From Vicinamibacterales bacterium (GTDB taxonomy: Bacteria; Acidobacteriota; Vicinamibacteria; Vicinamibacterales; UBA2999), in NCBI GenBank assembly GCA_050185275.1, contig JBFWZN010000005.1, positions 202,507 to 266,506 on the forward strand: 64,000 nucleotides of DNA. Reading direction: 5' to 3'. The position numbers and the translations under genes are program-made. This document shows, piece by piece, positions 21,557 to 32,408 of this stretch; the first letter of the stretch is position 1; every line of letters begins with the position of its first letter. The notes beneath the pieces were generated by a model, which saw nothing but the letters and a program-made list of their open reading frames with translations, ran no database searches and was not told where the DNA came from.

Positions 21557-22132
21557 CTACTTCGCGGTGAAGATGAAATGCCCCCGGCGGTTCTGCGACC
21601 AGCAGGACTCGTTGTCCTCCATGCAGACCGGCGTCTCTTCACCCTTGCTGATGGCGAGCATCCGATCCGCCGCGATGCCCAGGCCGACCAGGTAGTCGCG
21701 GACCGTCACCGCGCGGCGTTCGCCGAGCGCGAGGTTGTACTCGTTCGTGCCTCTCGAGTCGGCATGTCCCTCGATCGTCACGCGCGTCGTGGGCCAGCGA
21801 CGCAGGTAGTTCGCGTTGCGCTCGAGCGTAGCGCGCGCGTCGTCCCGCAGGGTCGACATGTCGTAGTCGAAGAACACGTCGCTCAAGGGACGCTCCGCGT
21901 TCAGCTGGTCCAGCGTCTTCTGCTGGAAGAGCTCGTCCTCCGACAACTGCCGCGGCGGCGGCGGCGGTGCGGGGGCGGGCGGCGGCGGAGGAGGCGGTGG
22001 CGGCGCGGGCGCGGCAGGCGGCGGCTCCGGGGGAGGCGGCGCAGGCGGAGGCACGTTTCGCGCGCACCCGGTGACGACCATCGCCACGAGCAGCATGGCA
22101 ACGGCGGGGGGGATCAAGCGGCGCACATTCAT
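21557..22132 (-). CDS. pal: Peptidoglycan-associated lipoprotein (OmpA-like domain)
   Basis: VTGC lipobox, Pro-rich linker, FFDYD, IEGHADSRGTNEYNLALGERRA, SKGEE, NRR. Confidence 0.92.
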   Translation of the reverse strand: MNVRRLIPPAVAMLLVAMVVTGCARNVPPPAPPPPEPPPAAPAPPPPPPPPPAPAPPPPPRQLSEDELFQQKTLDQLNAERPLSDVFFDYDMSTLRDDARATLERNANYLRRWPTTRVTIEGHADSRGTNEYNLALGERRAVTVRDYLVGLGIAADRMLAISKGEETPVCMEDNESCWSQNRRGHFIFTAK

Positions 22133-22174
22133 CAGCAGACTCTCCGTTCTGAGTGGGTGTGGCTGGCCGGGTCG

Positions 22175-22204
22175 AGCTTAAGCGTCCACCACACCACGTG
22201 TCAA
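22175..22204 (-). promoter_or_regulatory. Sigma70-type promoter for pal
   Basis: Minus strand TTGACA-18 nt-TAAGCT. Confidence 0.6.
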
Positions 22205-22380
22205 CGTCCGAGCAGCGCGATAGTCACGTGCGCGTCGCGGGGGCACGGTCGCGCTGCCGGGACGGACACGGCAGTGCGATCAGCCAGCTCTCCTTCAGAT
22301 CTTCGACCACTGCGCCTGCACACTATAGCCCCTGCAGCAACGCTGACTCGGCGCACAGGGTCGGCTCGGGTGCGGCAGAC

Positions 22381-22518
22381 GGCAGAGACAGTGGCTGCAC
22401 AGAGACGGTGCCTGCACAGAGACGGTGCCTGCACAGAGACGGTGCCTGCACAGAGACGGTGCCTGCACAGAGCACGGTGCCTGCACAGAAACCGCCGGCA
22501 CAGAGACCGCCGGCACAG
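22381..22518. repeat. 17-bp tandem repeat (VNTR)
   Basis: ctgcacagagacggtgc four exact copies (22395-22462), a fifth with a 1-nt insertion, then degenerate 15-bp gcacagaRaccgccg units. Confidence 0.92.
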
Positions 22519-22610
22519 TCAATCGCAGGATGCGGGCCAGATGCACGGCCGCAGCGCACGGCAGACCTGGGTCACGGCCGGCCGTGCCGGGCGCGTGCTC
22601 AGACCGGTCG

Positions 22611-23477
22611 CTATACCGGTCGGAGCATCAGGCCCTCGTTGAGACTGCCCGTCCGGTAGCCACGAGGATCGATCGTCACGGTGGCGTAGCCGGCGGCCAG
22701 CACGGCCTCGACGATCCGCGTGCGCCAGTCCGGCTCGAAGGCCCGGGCCAGATCCTCCTGTCCGATCTCGACGTGTGCCACGGCCGCGTCGTGATGCCGG
22801 ACGCGACAGACACGGAAGCCGATCGCCCGCAGCGAAGCCTCGGCACGCTCGATCATGCGGAGCTTCGCATCGGTCACTTCCGACAGGTAGGGAATGCGCG
22901 AGGAGAGGCACGCGGAGGCGGGCTCGTCCCAGGTCGGCAGGCCCGCCCGGCGGGACAGCTCGCGAATCTCCGCCTTGGAGAGTCCCACGTCATCGAGCGG
23001 GCTGCGCACGCCGTGCTCGCGGGCCGCACCGCGACCCGGACGGTAGTCGCCACGATCGTCGGCGTTGCTGCCATCGACGATGACCCGGTACCCGCGGGCA
23101 GCAGCCAGGGCGGACAGCACCGTGTACAGCTCGCGCTTGCAGAAGTAGCACCGGTTCGTCGGATTGCGCCGGTATTCGTCCTGCTCCAGTTCGCCGGTGG
23201 CCACGGTCTCGTGGAACAGTCCACAGGCGCTCGCCACCTGCCGGGCGAGTTGCCGATGATGATCGGGATAACTGGGGCTCTCGGCCGTGACGCACAAGGC
23301 CGACCGGCCAAGGGTGCGTGTCGCGGCCCACGCCAGATAGGCGCTGTCCACGCCCCCGCTGAAGGCCACGACGACCGATTCGAAGGAGCGAAGGAGGTCG
23401 AAGAGACGGCGCTCGCGATCGGCGGCGCCGCCGCCGGGATCGCTACTCGTCGAGGTCCTCGTCGACCTCGTCGTCAT
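22611..23477 (-). CDS. larE: LarE-family ATP-dependent (PP-loop) sulfur transferase; start uncertain
   Basis: AFSGGVDS PP-loop, RCYFCK, DYRPG, ACLSSRIP, RVRHH, GYRTGSLN. Confidence 0.85.
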   Translation of the reverse strand: MTTRSTRTSTSSDPGGGAADRERRLFDLLRSFESVVVAFSGGVDSAYLAWAATRTLGRSALCVTAESPSYPDHHRQLARQVASACGLFHETVATGELEQDEYRRNPTNRCYFCKRELYTVLSALAAARGYRVIVDGSNADDRGDYRPGRGAAREHGVRSPLDDVGLSKAEIRELSRRAGLPTWDEPASACLSSRIPYLSEVTDAKLRMIERAEASLRAIGFRVCRVRHHDAAVAHVEIGQEDLARAFEPDWRTRIVEAVLAAGYATVTIDPRGYRTGSLNEGLMLRPV

Positions 23478-23676
23478 CGTCGTCGTCCTCGTCTTCCTCG
23501 TCGTCGTCCTCGTCGTCCTCGTCATCGTCGTCGAGGTCGTCGTCGTCCGCGAAGTCGACTTCGTCCGCACCCAGCAGCACCAGGCTGCTTCCGCACTCAG
23601 GACAGCTCACGGGATCGCCCTCCTCGAGGTCCTCTGTGTTGATCTCGTCATAGTCGCATTCGGGGCAGGTCGCCAT
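23443..23676 (-). CDS. LysW-like Zn-ribbon protein with poly-Asp/Glu tail (77 aa)
   Basis: MATCPECD...GDPVSCPECG; 31 of the last 34 residues are D/E; ends EDLDE; GAGGAG RBS. Confidence 0.8.
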   Translation of the reverse strand: MATCPECDYDEINTEDLEEGDPVSCPECGSSLVLLGADEVDFADDDDLDDDDEDDEDDDEEDEDDDDDDEVDEDLDE

Positions 23677-23749
23677 ACGAGCTCCTCGTGTCGATTCGCG
23701 CTCCGCGGCCACCGCCACCTTCGGACGGCGCACTCGCGGCGAGGCTCCG

Positions 23750-23779
23750 ATTATAGCGAGTGGCCATCCCGCATCGCAA
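23750..23779 (-). promoter_or_regulatory. Sigma70-type promoter for the lysW-like/larE pair
   Basis: Minus strand TTGCGA-18 nt-TATAAT. Confidence 0.6.
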
Positions 23780-24202
23780 TGAACCGCCGGTGCACGACGC
23801 GCTCTGCCGTCGCGTGTCACGCGGATGACATGACGGGACCTGGTACCTGTCTGGTGGGCTGCGTCGCGGGCCGCTCGGCACGGCTGTGCACCGTGTCGAA
23901 GGCGCGTGCAGCATCGGTGGTCCGGTCTCCAGGCGCGGGCCCCGCGTCTTTCGGCTCGAACACCAGATGCGCCAGCACGTGCATGGGCAGCGGACCGGGT
24001 GGTCGCGCGGGCGCCACCCGGCCGGCGGGGCCGGCACGACCAAACCGCGTTCCGCTGCGTCCGAGTGGACGTTCGGGAGACGGCAGGCGCTTGCCCGGCG
24101 AACGCCCTTCGACTAGGATGACGGGTTGGCGGGCTGCCGAGAGGCTATAACCGCAATTCTCACCACACGTTACAGGGTTCTCCTGTCGCGGAGGCATCAG
24201 TC

Positions 24203-25172
<970 letters not shown>

Positions 25173-25180
<8 letters not shown>

Positions 25181-25940
25181 CGTCATCGCCATCGCCCAGA
25201 AGGAACTCAAGGGCTACTTCGCCTCGCCGATCGCCTACGTGGTCATCGGCTTCTTCGCCCTGATGTTCGGCTACTTCTATTACGCCCTCCTCGTCTTCTT
25301 CCAGCAGCAGAGCATGCAGGCTGGCGGCTTCGGCGGGCCGGAGGCGCTCGACGTCAACCAGCAGCTCATCCGACCCGTGTTCCTCAACGCCAGCGTCATC
25401 GTGCTCTTCGTCCTGCCCATGGTCACGATGCGCACCTACGCGGAGGAGAAGCGGTCGGGCACGATCGAACTCCTGCTCACCGCGCCGCTCACCGACGTCC
25501 AGATCATCCTCGGCAAGTTCTTCGGCGCCATGGCGCTCTACGCCGCGATGCTCGCGGTCACCGTCGTGCACGTGGCCGTGCTCTTCCTGTTCGGCAATCC
25601 CGAATGGCGGCCGGTCGTCACCGGCTACCTGGGCCTGCTGCTCATGGGCGGATGCTTCGTGGCCACGGGCCTGCTCATCTCGAGCCTCACCAAAAACCAG
25701 ATCGTGGCGGGGATGGTCACATTCGCCGTCTTCCTGATGCTCTGGGTCATCAACTGGGTGGCCTCGTTCCAGGGCCCCACCGCGCAGGCAGTCCTCAACT
25801 ACCTGTCGGTCACCGAGCACCTCGACGACTTCACCAGGGGCATCCTCGACACGAAGCACCTCGTCTACTACCTGAGCTTCATCACCTTTGGCCTGTATCT
25901 CACGGTGCGGGCGGTCGACACCGAGCGCTGGAAGGGTTAG
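25173..25940 (+). CDS. ABC-2 permease (GldF-like)
   Basis: KELKGYFASPIAY, AEEKRSGTIELLLT, SSLTKNQIVA; multiple TM segments. Confidence 0.9.
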
Positions 25941-25952
25941 ACGGAGGCGCAC

Positions 25953-27572
25953 ATGACGCATCGAATCCTCGGCATCGTCGGCTGGCTGGGCGTGGCGCTG
26001 ATCTTCGCCGCCACCATCGTGCGGTTCGTCCGGCCCGAGTGGGACCAGTACGTCATCTACGGGGTCCGGGCGGGCCTCGTGGCCGTCGTCCTCTACACCC
26101 TGGGCCAGTGGCGCGATATCCTCGCGTTCTTCGGCACGCGCAACGCCCGGCACGGCGCGGTGGCCGGTGCCGGCGTCCTCATCACGCTCGGCCTGCTGGT
26201 GGCCGTCAACTACCTCTCGACCCGCCGCAACACACGGTGGGACTTGACCGAGAACCAGCAGTTCAGCCTGTCGGACCAGACCTTGCGGCTGCTGCAGTCG
26301 CTCGAGACGCCGGTGACGTTCCTGGTGTTCGACCAGGAGGGCGGCTTCGACCGGTTCAGGGCGAGGCTCGACGAGTACGCGTATCAGTCCGATCAGGTGC
26401 GCGTGGAGTACATCGACGCCGACCGCCAGCCCGCACGCGCGAGGCAGTATCAGGTGCAGGCGTACGGCACCGTCGTCATCGAGCACGACGGCCGTGTGGA
26501 ACGCGTGACATCCGAGACGGAGCAGGACCTCACCAACGGCCTCATCCGCGTGCTCTCGGACGCCCCGCGCAAGGTGTACTTCGCGCAGGGCCACGGCGAG
26601 CGCACGACGACGGACACCGAGCGCACCGGCTACAGCTCCCTGGCCACCCTGCTCTCGCGCGACAACTACATCGTCGATCTCACGACGCTGGCGCAGCAGG
26701 CAGAGGTTCCCGCCGATGCCTCCGTCGTCGTACTGGCGGGACCGAAGACGGACCTGCTCCCTGGCGAGGCGGACATGCTCCGCCGGTACCTCGACACGGG
26801 TGGCGACCTGCTCGTCCTGCTCGATCCGCCGGAAAGCGACGGCGCGGCCGTCCGCATGCCGGTGCTGGAGGCCCTGCTGCGGGAGTGGTCGATCGAGGTC
26901 GGCAACGACGTCGTGGTCGACGCCAGCGGCGTCGGTCAGCTGATCGGCACGGATGCGTCGGTCCCGGTCGCGGCGAGCTACCCGGCGCATCCCATCACCG
27001 ATCGCTTCAACGTGCTCACCGCGTATCCGTTCGCCCGCTCGGTGAACGTGGCGGCCGAGCCCGCGCCCGGACGGACACCCCAAGCCATCATCGAGACGGG
27101 GCCGCGCAGCTGGGCCGAGACCAGCATCGAACTGCTCGAGTCGCAGGGCGAGACCGCGCTCGACGCCGAGCGCGGCGACCGGCAGGGGCCGATCACCATC
27201 GGCCTGGCCGTGTCGGCGCCCGCCCCGGCTGCCCCCGCGTCCACCCCGCCGGCAGAGGGCGCGGAGGGGACCGCCGGCAATGAGGCGGACGCTCCAGCGG
27301 CACCGGAGTCGCGCGTGGTCGTGGTCGGCGACTCGGACTTCGTCGCCAACTATGCACTGGGCATCCAGGGCAACGGCGATCTCTTCATGAACGCCGTCAA
27401 CTGGCTGGCGCAGCAGGAGAACCTGATCGCCATCCGGCCGAGGGATCCCACCGACCGCCGCGTCACGCTCACCGCGAGCCAGACGCTCGGCGTGTTCCTG
27501 CTGTCGATCGTGGTCGTGCCGGCCACCGTCTTCGGCGCCGGCATCTATGCGTGGTGGCGAAGGAGGCAGTAG
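25953..27572 (+). CDS. GldG-family ABC auxiliary component
   Basis: WDLTENQQFSLSDQT, VYFAQGHGE, VVVGDSDF, NAVNWL, C-terminal TM. Confidence 0.85.
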   Translation: MTHRILGIVGWLGVALIFAATIVRFVRPEWDQYVIYGVRAGLVAVVLYTLGQWRDILAFFGTRNARHGAVAGAGVLITLGLLVAVNYLSTRRNTRWDLTENQQFSLSDQTLRLLQSLETPVTFLVFDQEGGFDRFRARLDEYAYQSDQVRVEYIDADRQPARARQYQVQAYGTVVIEHDGRVERVTSETEQDLTNGLIRVLSDAPRKVYFAQGHGERTTTDTERTGYSSLATLLSRDNYIVDLTTLAQQAEVPADASVVVLAGPKTDLLPGEADMLRRYLDTGGDLLVLLDPPESDGAAVRMPVLEALLREWSIEVGNDVVVDASGVGQLIGTDASVPVAASYPAHPITDRFNVLTAYPFARSVNVAAEPAPGRTPQAIIETGPRSWAETSIELLESQGETALDAERGDRQGPITIGLAVSAPAPAAPASTPPAEGAEGTAGNEADAPAAPESRVVVVGDSDFVANYALGIQGNGDLFMNAVNWLAQQENLIAIRPRDPTDRRVTLTASQTLGVFLLSIVVVPATVFGAGIYAWWRRRQ

Positions 27573-27577
27573 GCGTC

Positions 27578-28888
27578 ATGCGCGGCTTGCGATCCACGGC
27601 GATTCTCGGCCTCGTGCTGGCAGGCGTCGTCGCGTACCTCTACTTCGTGGATGCCGAGCGTCCGCTCGGCGAGGTGGACGTCAAGGAGAAGGCCTTTGCG
27701 GCCGAGGCCGACGCCATCGAGACGCTGACGATCACCAACACCGCCGGCGAGACGACCCGCCTCACCAGGCAGGATGGGGCCTGGCGGATCGTCGAGCCCG
27801 TGGAGGCTGGCGCCGACGAGGCGGAGCTGGCCTCGCTCACCAGCAGCCTGTCGACGCTCGACATCCAGCGCGTGCTCGATGACACGGGTGCCGAGCCGGC
27901 GCAGTTCGGCCTGCAGCCGGCACGGGTGACGGTGGCCTTCACGGTGAGGGACGACCCGTCCACGCACCAGCTGCTGCTCGGCGAGCAGACGCCGACCGGG
28001 GGCGATCTCTATGCGCGCCGGGACGACCAGCCGGGCATCTTCCTGGTCTCCTCGTACCTCGAGGGCACGTTCAATCGGGCCACGTTCGACCTGCGCGACA
28101 AGCGCGTGCTCGCCTTCGACCGCGAGCAGCTCACCGGCCTCGAGATCGACGCGGGCACGGGTCCGGTGCGCCTGGAACTTGCAGACAATGCCTGGCGCCT
28201 GGTGTCGCCCATCGAGGCACGCGGCGACTTCTCCACGGTGGACGGACTCGTCTCGAGCATCGCCGGGGCTCGCATGGAGCGCATCGTGGACGAGGCGGGC
28301 ACGGACCTGGACGCAGCAGGCCTCACGCGGCCCGGGCTGGTCGTCACCCTCATCGAAGGCGACGGCTCGCGTGCCTCGCTGAGCTTCGGCCGTCGGGACG
28401 GTACGACGCAACTGGCGAGGGACTCATCGCGCGCGCCGGTGTTCGCCGTAGAAGCGGCGCTCGCCGACGGCCTGCGGAAGACCGTGGACGACCTGCGACG
28501 GCGCGAGGTGTTCGACACCCGCCCGTTCGAGGCGACGCGAATCGCGCTCGAGGGTGCCGAGAAGACGGTCACGCTCGAGCGCACGACCGGCGACGATGGT
28601 CAGCCCGCGTGGCGCGACGCCGCCGGCGCAGCCGTCGAGGCCACGGTGGTGGACGACCTGCTGCAGAAGCTCACGGCCCTCCGCGCGGAGGCCTTCGAGG
28701 CCGTGCCCTCGGCTGTTCCGCAGGTGCTGACAGCGACCCTCTCAGCCAGTGACGGCACCACCGAGACGGTCCGGGTGCTGCGGAATGCCACTGGCGCCTG
28801 GGCCGTGCGGATGGACGACCCCGGCGCGGCCCGTCTGGACGCGGCCCTGCTCGACGACGTGCTGATGGCGATGGACGCCCTGCAGTGA
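27578..28888 (+). CDS. DUF4340-type membrane-anchored periplasmic protein
   Basis: N-terminal TM; repeated W-x-I/L-x-x-P...AD/GD units, FGL, DLRDK; usual position after GldG. Confidence 0.7.
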   Translation: MRGLRSTAILGLVLAGVVAYLYFVDAERPLGEVDVKEKAFAAEADAIETLTITNTAGETTRLTRQDGAWRIVEPVEAGADEAELASLTSSLSTLDIQRVLDDTGAEPAQFGLQPARVTVAFTVRDDPSTHQLLLGEQTPTGGDLYARRDDQPGIFLVSSYLEGTFNRATFDLRDKRVLAFDREQLTGLEIDAGTGPVRLELADNAWRLVSPIEARGDFSTVDGLVSSIAGARMERIVDEAGTDLDAAGLTRPGLVVTLIEGDGSRASLSFGRRDGTTQLARDSSRAPVFAVEAALADGLRKTVDDLRRREVFDTRPFEATRIALEGAEKTVTLERTTGDDGQPAWRDAAGAAVEATVVDDLLQKLTALRAEAFEAVPSAVPQVLTATLSASDGTTETVRVLRNATGAWAVRMDDPGAARLDAALLDDVLMAMDALQ

Positions 28889-30414
28889 TCGGGTGGGGAC
28901 AGGCGCGCCACGCGAAAGAGTGCGTGGGCCGCCTCACCGGCGGGATCAGCAGCGGCCTTGTCGTCCTGCTGCTCGCGGGCTGTGCCGCCAGACCGACCCG
29001 TGTGGCGGTGACGGCCGTCCCGGACGAGACTCCGGCGACGCGCCTGGCACACGTCATCGACACCGTGACATCCATGCCTGGCGTGGCACGCGGAACGTGG
29101 GGGATCGTGGTCGAGTCGCTGCCCGACCGGACACCGCTCGCCCGGAGACACCCCGAGGCGCTGCTCGTGCCGGCCTCCACCGCCAAGCTGCTCACCCTTG
29201 CCGTGGCCGCCGAGGCGGTTGGCTGGGACTACCGGTTCGACACGAGCCTGTTCACGACGGGACCCATCGTCGACGGGGTGCTGCGCGGCGATCTCGTCGT
29301 GGTGGGGTCGGGAGACCCATCGATTGGGGGTCGTGGCGGAGACGACCTCGGAGACCTGATCGACGCGGTGACCGCGCGCGGCATCCGGCGCGTCGATGGG
29401 CGGGTGGTGGCCGATGACAGTCTCGTGGAGGAGCCCGCGCCTGGCCGCGAGTGGGCCTGGAGCGACCTGGGGCTGGGGTACGGATCGGTTGCCGGCGCGC
29501 TCAACTACCAGGAGAACCGCTTCGACGTCACGATCGCGCCCGCGCGCACGCCTGGTGCGCCCGCGCTCATCAGCGCGTCGGCCGAGGGCCTCGACGCCGT
29601 CGTGAACGAGGTCCTCACCGACATCGCGGGAGCCGAGGCGAGTATCCGCCCGGTGCTGCCGGCGGGCAGCAGCCGGGTGCGCCTGGTGGGCTCGGTGCCT
29701 GCGGGGGCGGCACCCGCCACGCTGTCGGTGGCCGTTGCCAACCCCACCGCGTGGTTCGCCACGTCGCTGCGGCGGCGGCTGCTCGCGGCGGGCGTGGAAG
29801 TGGACGACGCCGCCTACGATGCCGACGCGCTGCCGCTGCCGCTGGACTGGCGCGAGGCCCGCCTGCTCCACACGCACCGCTCGCGCCCGCTGCGCGACCT
29901 GGCGCGGCCACTGATGCAGGAGAGCATCAACCTGTACGGCGAGGCGATCCTGCGTCTCGCCACCGGTCCGTTCGGCGCCCGATCGACTGCGGCCGCCCTC
30001 GACGCCGTGCACCGCCGGCTCGACGCGTGGGGCGTTCCCGCGGGTGCCGTCCAGTTGCTGGACGGTTCGGGCCTGTCACGGCGCGACGTCGTCTCGGCTG
30101 GTGCGCTGGCCACCGTGCTGGCGCGGATGCACGCCGCACCGGAGGCGTCGGACTGGCTGGCGAGTCTTCCGCTCGCCGGGCGGGAGGGCACCCTCCGCGC
30201 GCGCCTGCTGGGGACACCCGCCGAAGGCGTCGCGCGCGCCAAGAGCGGCACGATGTCCAACATCCGGTCCCTGGCGGGATACGTGCCCACGGGTGCGGGA
30301 CGAGCCGTGTCGTTCGCCGTGGTGCTGAACAATCACGAAGGGTCGCCGGCCGAGGCCACCGCTGCCATCGACCGCCTGGTGGCCGAAATCGCCGCGATCG
30401 CCCTGGAGCCGTAG
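28885..30414 (+). CDS. dacB: D-Ala-D-Ala carboxypeptidase/endopeptidase (PBP4, S13)
   Basis: LAGC lipobox, PASTAK (SxxK), SIN, DGSGLSR, AKSG. Confidence 0.9.
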   Translation: MIGWGQARHAKECVGRLTGGISSGLVVLLLAGCAARPTRVAVTAVPDETPATRLAHVIDTVTSMPGVARGTWGIVVESLPDRTPLARRHPEALLVPASTAKLLTLAVAAEAVGWDYRFDTSLFTTGPIVDGVLRGDLVVVGSGDPSIGGRGGDDLGDLIDAVTARGIRRVDGRVVADDSLVEEPAPGREWAWSDLGLGYGSVAGALNYQENRFDVTIAPARTPGAPALISASAEGLDAVVNEVLTDIAGAEASIRPVLPAGSSRVRLVGSVPAGAAPATLSVAVANPTAWFATSLRRRLLAAGVEVDDAAYDADALPLPLDWREARLLHTHRSRPLRDLARPLMQESINLYGEAILRLATGPFGARSTAAALDAVHRRLDAWGVPAGAVQLLDGSGLSRRDVVSAGALATVLARMHAAPEASDWLASLPLAGREGTLRARLLGTPAEGVARAKSGTMSNIRSLAGYVPTGAGRAVSFAVVLNNHEGSPAEATAAIDRLVAEIAAIALEP

Positions 30415-30456
30415 CGCCGGCTCCGCGGCCAGGGCTCGGGTGCGACGCGCGCTGGG

Positions 30457-31722
30457 CTAGGGAGCCGCGGGCTGGACGAGCGTCCTCGCGCGGGCCACGA
30501 TGTCGGCGCCGCCGCCCTCCAAGCCACCGGCCGCGGCCATCTCGGGGCGGCCGCCGCCCCGTCCCCCGAATGTCTCCACCAGCCGCCGCACCACGGCCTG
30601 GGCATCGAGCGGGACGTCGGTCGAACGCGCCACCACCACCGCGGCCGGCGTACCCGAGACGAGCACCGCGAGCCGTGCGGGCGAGGCAACGATGCGCGAC
30701 GCCAGCAGCCGCAGCCCGGCCTGATCCCAGCCCTCGACGACGGTGCAGACGTGGAGCGTGGCGACACCCGGGGCGCCCTCGGCCCGGGCCTCAGCCTGAG
30801 CCCCGGCCTGGGCGGCGGCCACCAGACGCGCGGCTTCTGCGGTGGCCAGCTGTTCCTGCAGGGTCTTAACGGTCTTCTTCTGGTCCCGCAGGTCGGCCGC
30901 CTGCCGCTCGATGGCGCCCGGCAGGTCCACCGGCAACACCGGCAGGGTGCGCAGGCCGGCGGCCACGATCGCGTCCAGGGTGTGCAGCACCCGGAGCACA
31001 CGCCCCCCCGCCACGAACGTGAGGCGAGTGCCGCCCCGCACCTTTTCGGAGCCGACGATGGCGACCGCGCCGACCGCGCCGGTGCGCGGCACGTGCGTGC
31101 CCCCGCACGCGGACAGGTCGAATCCGGGCACCTCCACCAGGCGCAGGGTCCCCTCGCGCCCCGACTCCTTCCGCAGCGGCAAGGCGGCGGCGTCGGCCGC
31201 CGATGCGAAGCGGACCGTGACGGGGTGGTCGCCCCACACGACCTCGTTGGTGAGGAACTCCGCGCTCGCGAGGGCTTCCGGCGCGAGCAGGCGGTCGAGA
31301 TCGATCGTGGACATCTCGGCGCCCATGTGGAAGCCGACGGTGCGCGCACCGTGCTGCCGGTCGAGTGCGGCCGACAACAGGTGCTGCCCGGTATGCTGCT
31401 GCATGTGGTCGAACCGGCGCGGCCAGTCGATGACGCCGCGCACGCGGAGGCCCGCGGGCACGGCGGCCGACAGGACGTGGACCACGTCATCGCCCGCATC
31501 GATCACGTCGAGCACGGTGGCACCCGGGCTGTCCGCACCATGATCGGACACGCCGGGAACGACATCGAGGCGGCCGACGTCGAAGGGCTGTCCTCCGGAG
31601 GTGGGATAGAAGGCGGTGCGGTCGAGCAGCACCGCGGGCCGCCCGTCGTGATCGACCGCGGCCAGGACCGCCGCGTCGAACTCGCGCAGCAGCGGGTCGG
31701 TGTAATAGAGGCGCTCGGTCAT
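30457..31722 (-). CDS. AlaX-type alanyl-tRNA editing protein with C-terminal DHHA1/C-Ala domain
   Basis: [31 protein letters not shown]; no AlaRS catalytic domain. Confidence 0.88.
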   Translation of the reverse strand: MTERLYYTDPLLREFDAAVLAAVDHDGRPAVLLDRTAFYPTSGGQPFDVGRLDVVPGVSDHGADSPGATVLDVIDAGDDVVHVLSAAVPAGLRVRGVIDWPRRFDHMQQHTGQHLLSAALDRQHGARTVGFHMGAEMSTIDLDRLLAPEALASAEFLTNEVVWGDHPVTVRFASAADAAALPLRKESGREGTLRLVEVPGFDLSACGGTHVPRTGAVGAVAIVGSEKVRGGTRLTFVAGGRVLRVLHTLDAIVAAGLRTLPVLPVDLPGAIERQAADLRDQKKTVKTLQEQLATAEAARLVAAAQAGAQAEARAEGAPGVATLHVCTVVEGWDQAGLRLLASRIVASPARLAVLVSGTPAAVVVARSTDVPLDAQAVVRRLVETFGGRGGGRPEMAAAGGLEGGGADIVARARTLVQPAAP

Positions 31723-32408
31723 CGACGTGCCAGCAGCGGATCCGACACGCCGGCGGCCGCAAAGCCCGCCGCGCGGATGCGGCAACTGTCGCAGTGGCCG
31801 CAGGGGCGTCCCTCGGGCGCCGGATCGTAGCAGGAATGCGTCAGGCCGTAGTCGAGGCCGAGGCCCACCCCCGCGCGGATGATGTCGGCCTTGCTCATGT
31901 GCTGGAGCGGCGCCCTGACCCTGAAGGCATCCCCGCCGACGCCGGCGGCGGTGGCCAGACCCGCCAGCCGCTCGAAGGCCGCGACGAACTCCGGCCGGCA
32001 GTCGGGATAGCCGGAGTAGTCCACCGCATTCACGCCGATCACGAGGTCGCGCGCGGGAATCACCTCGGCCCAGGCCAGGGCCAGCGAGAGGAGCACGGTA
32101 TTGCGCGCGGGCACGTAGGTGGACGGGATGCCGGGCGCCCCCTCGGGCCTGTCCTTCGGCACGGGCGCGGCCGAGGTCAACGACGACCCCCCGAAGGCCG
32201 AGAGGTCCACGCCGAGCTCGATATGGCGCTCCACGCCCAGGGCATGGGCGACGGCGCGGGCCGCCGACACTTCGTGCGCGTGTCGCTGCCCGTACCAGAC
32301 GGTGAGCGCGTGCAGGCGGAATCCTTCCGCCGCCATCAGCGCAGCCGCCGTGTACGAGTCGAGACCGCCGCTCAGCAACACCACGGCGGCCGGACGCGGG
32401 TGCGTCAC
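31719..32408 (-). CDS. queC: 7-cyano-7-deazaguanine synthase
   Basis: [32 protein letters not shown]...CGHCDSC. Confidence 0.96.
   Translation of the reverse strand: MTHPRPAAVVLLSGGLDSYTAAALMAAEGFRLHALTVWYGQRHAHEVSAARAVAHALGVERHIELGVDLSAFGGSSLTSAAPVPKDRPEGAPGIPSTYVPARNTVLLSLALAWAEVIPARDLVIGVNAVDYSGYPDCRPEFVAAFERLAGLATAAGVGGDAFRVRAPLQHMSKADIIRAGVGLGLDYGLTHSCYDPAPEGRPCGHCDSCRIRAAGFAAAGVSDPLLARR

Noticed and set aside
22381-22518. Possible CRISPR array
   Set aside because: Units are directly adjacent with no unique spacers, only 17 bp long, and there are no cas genes
23443-23676. Canonical lysW of LysW-dependent lysine/arginine synthesis
   Set aside because: Ends EDLDE rather than EDWGE, has a long acidic insert, and no lysX/argX genes are adjacent
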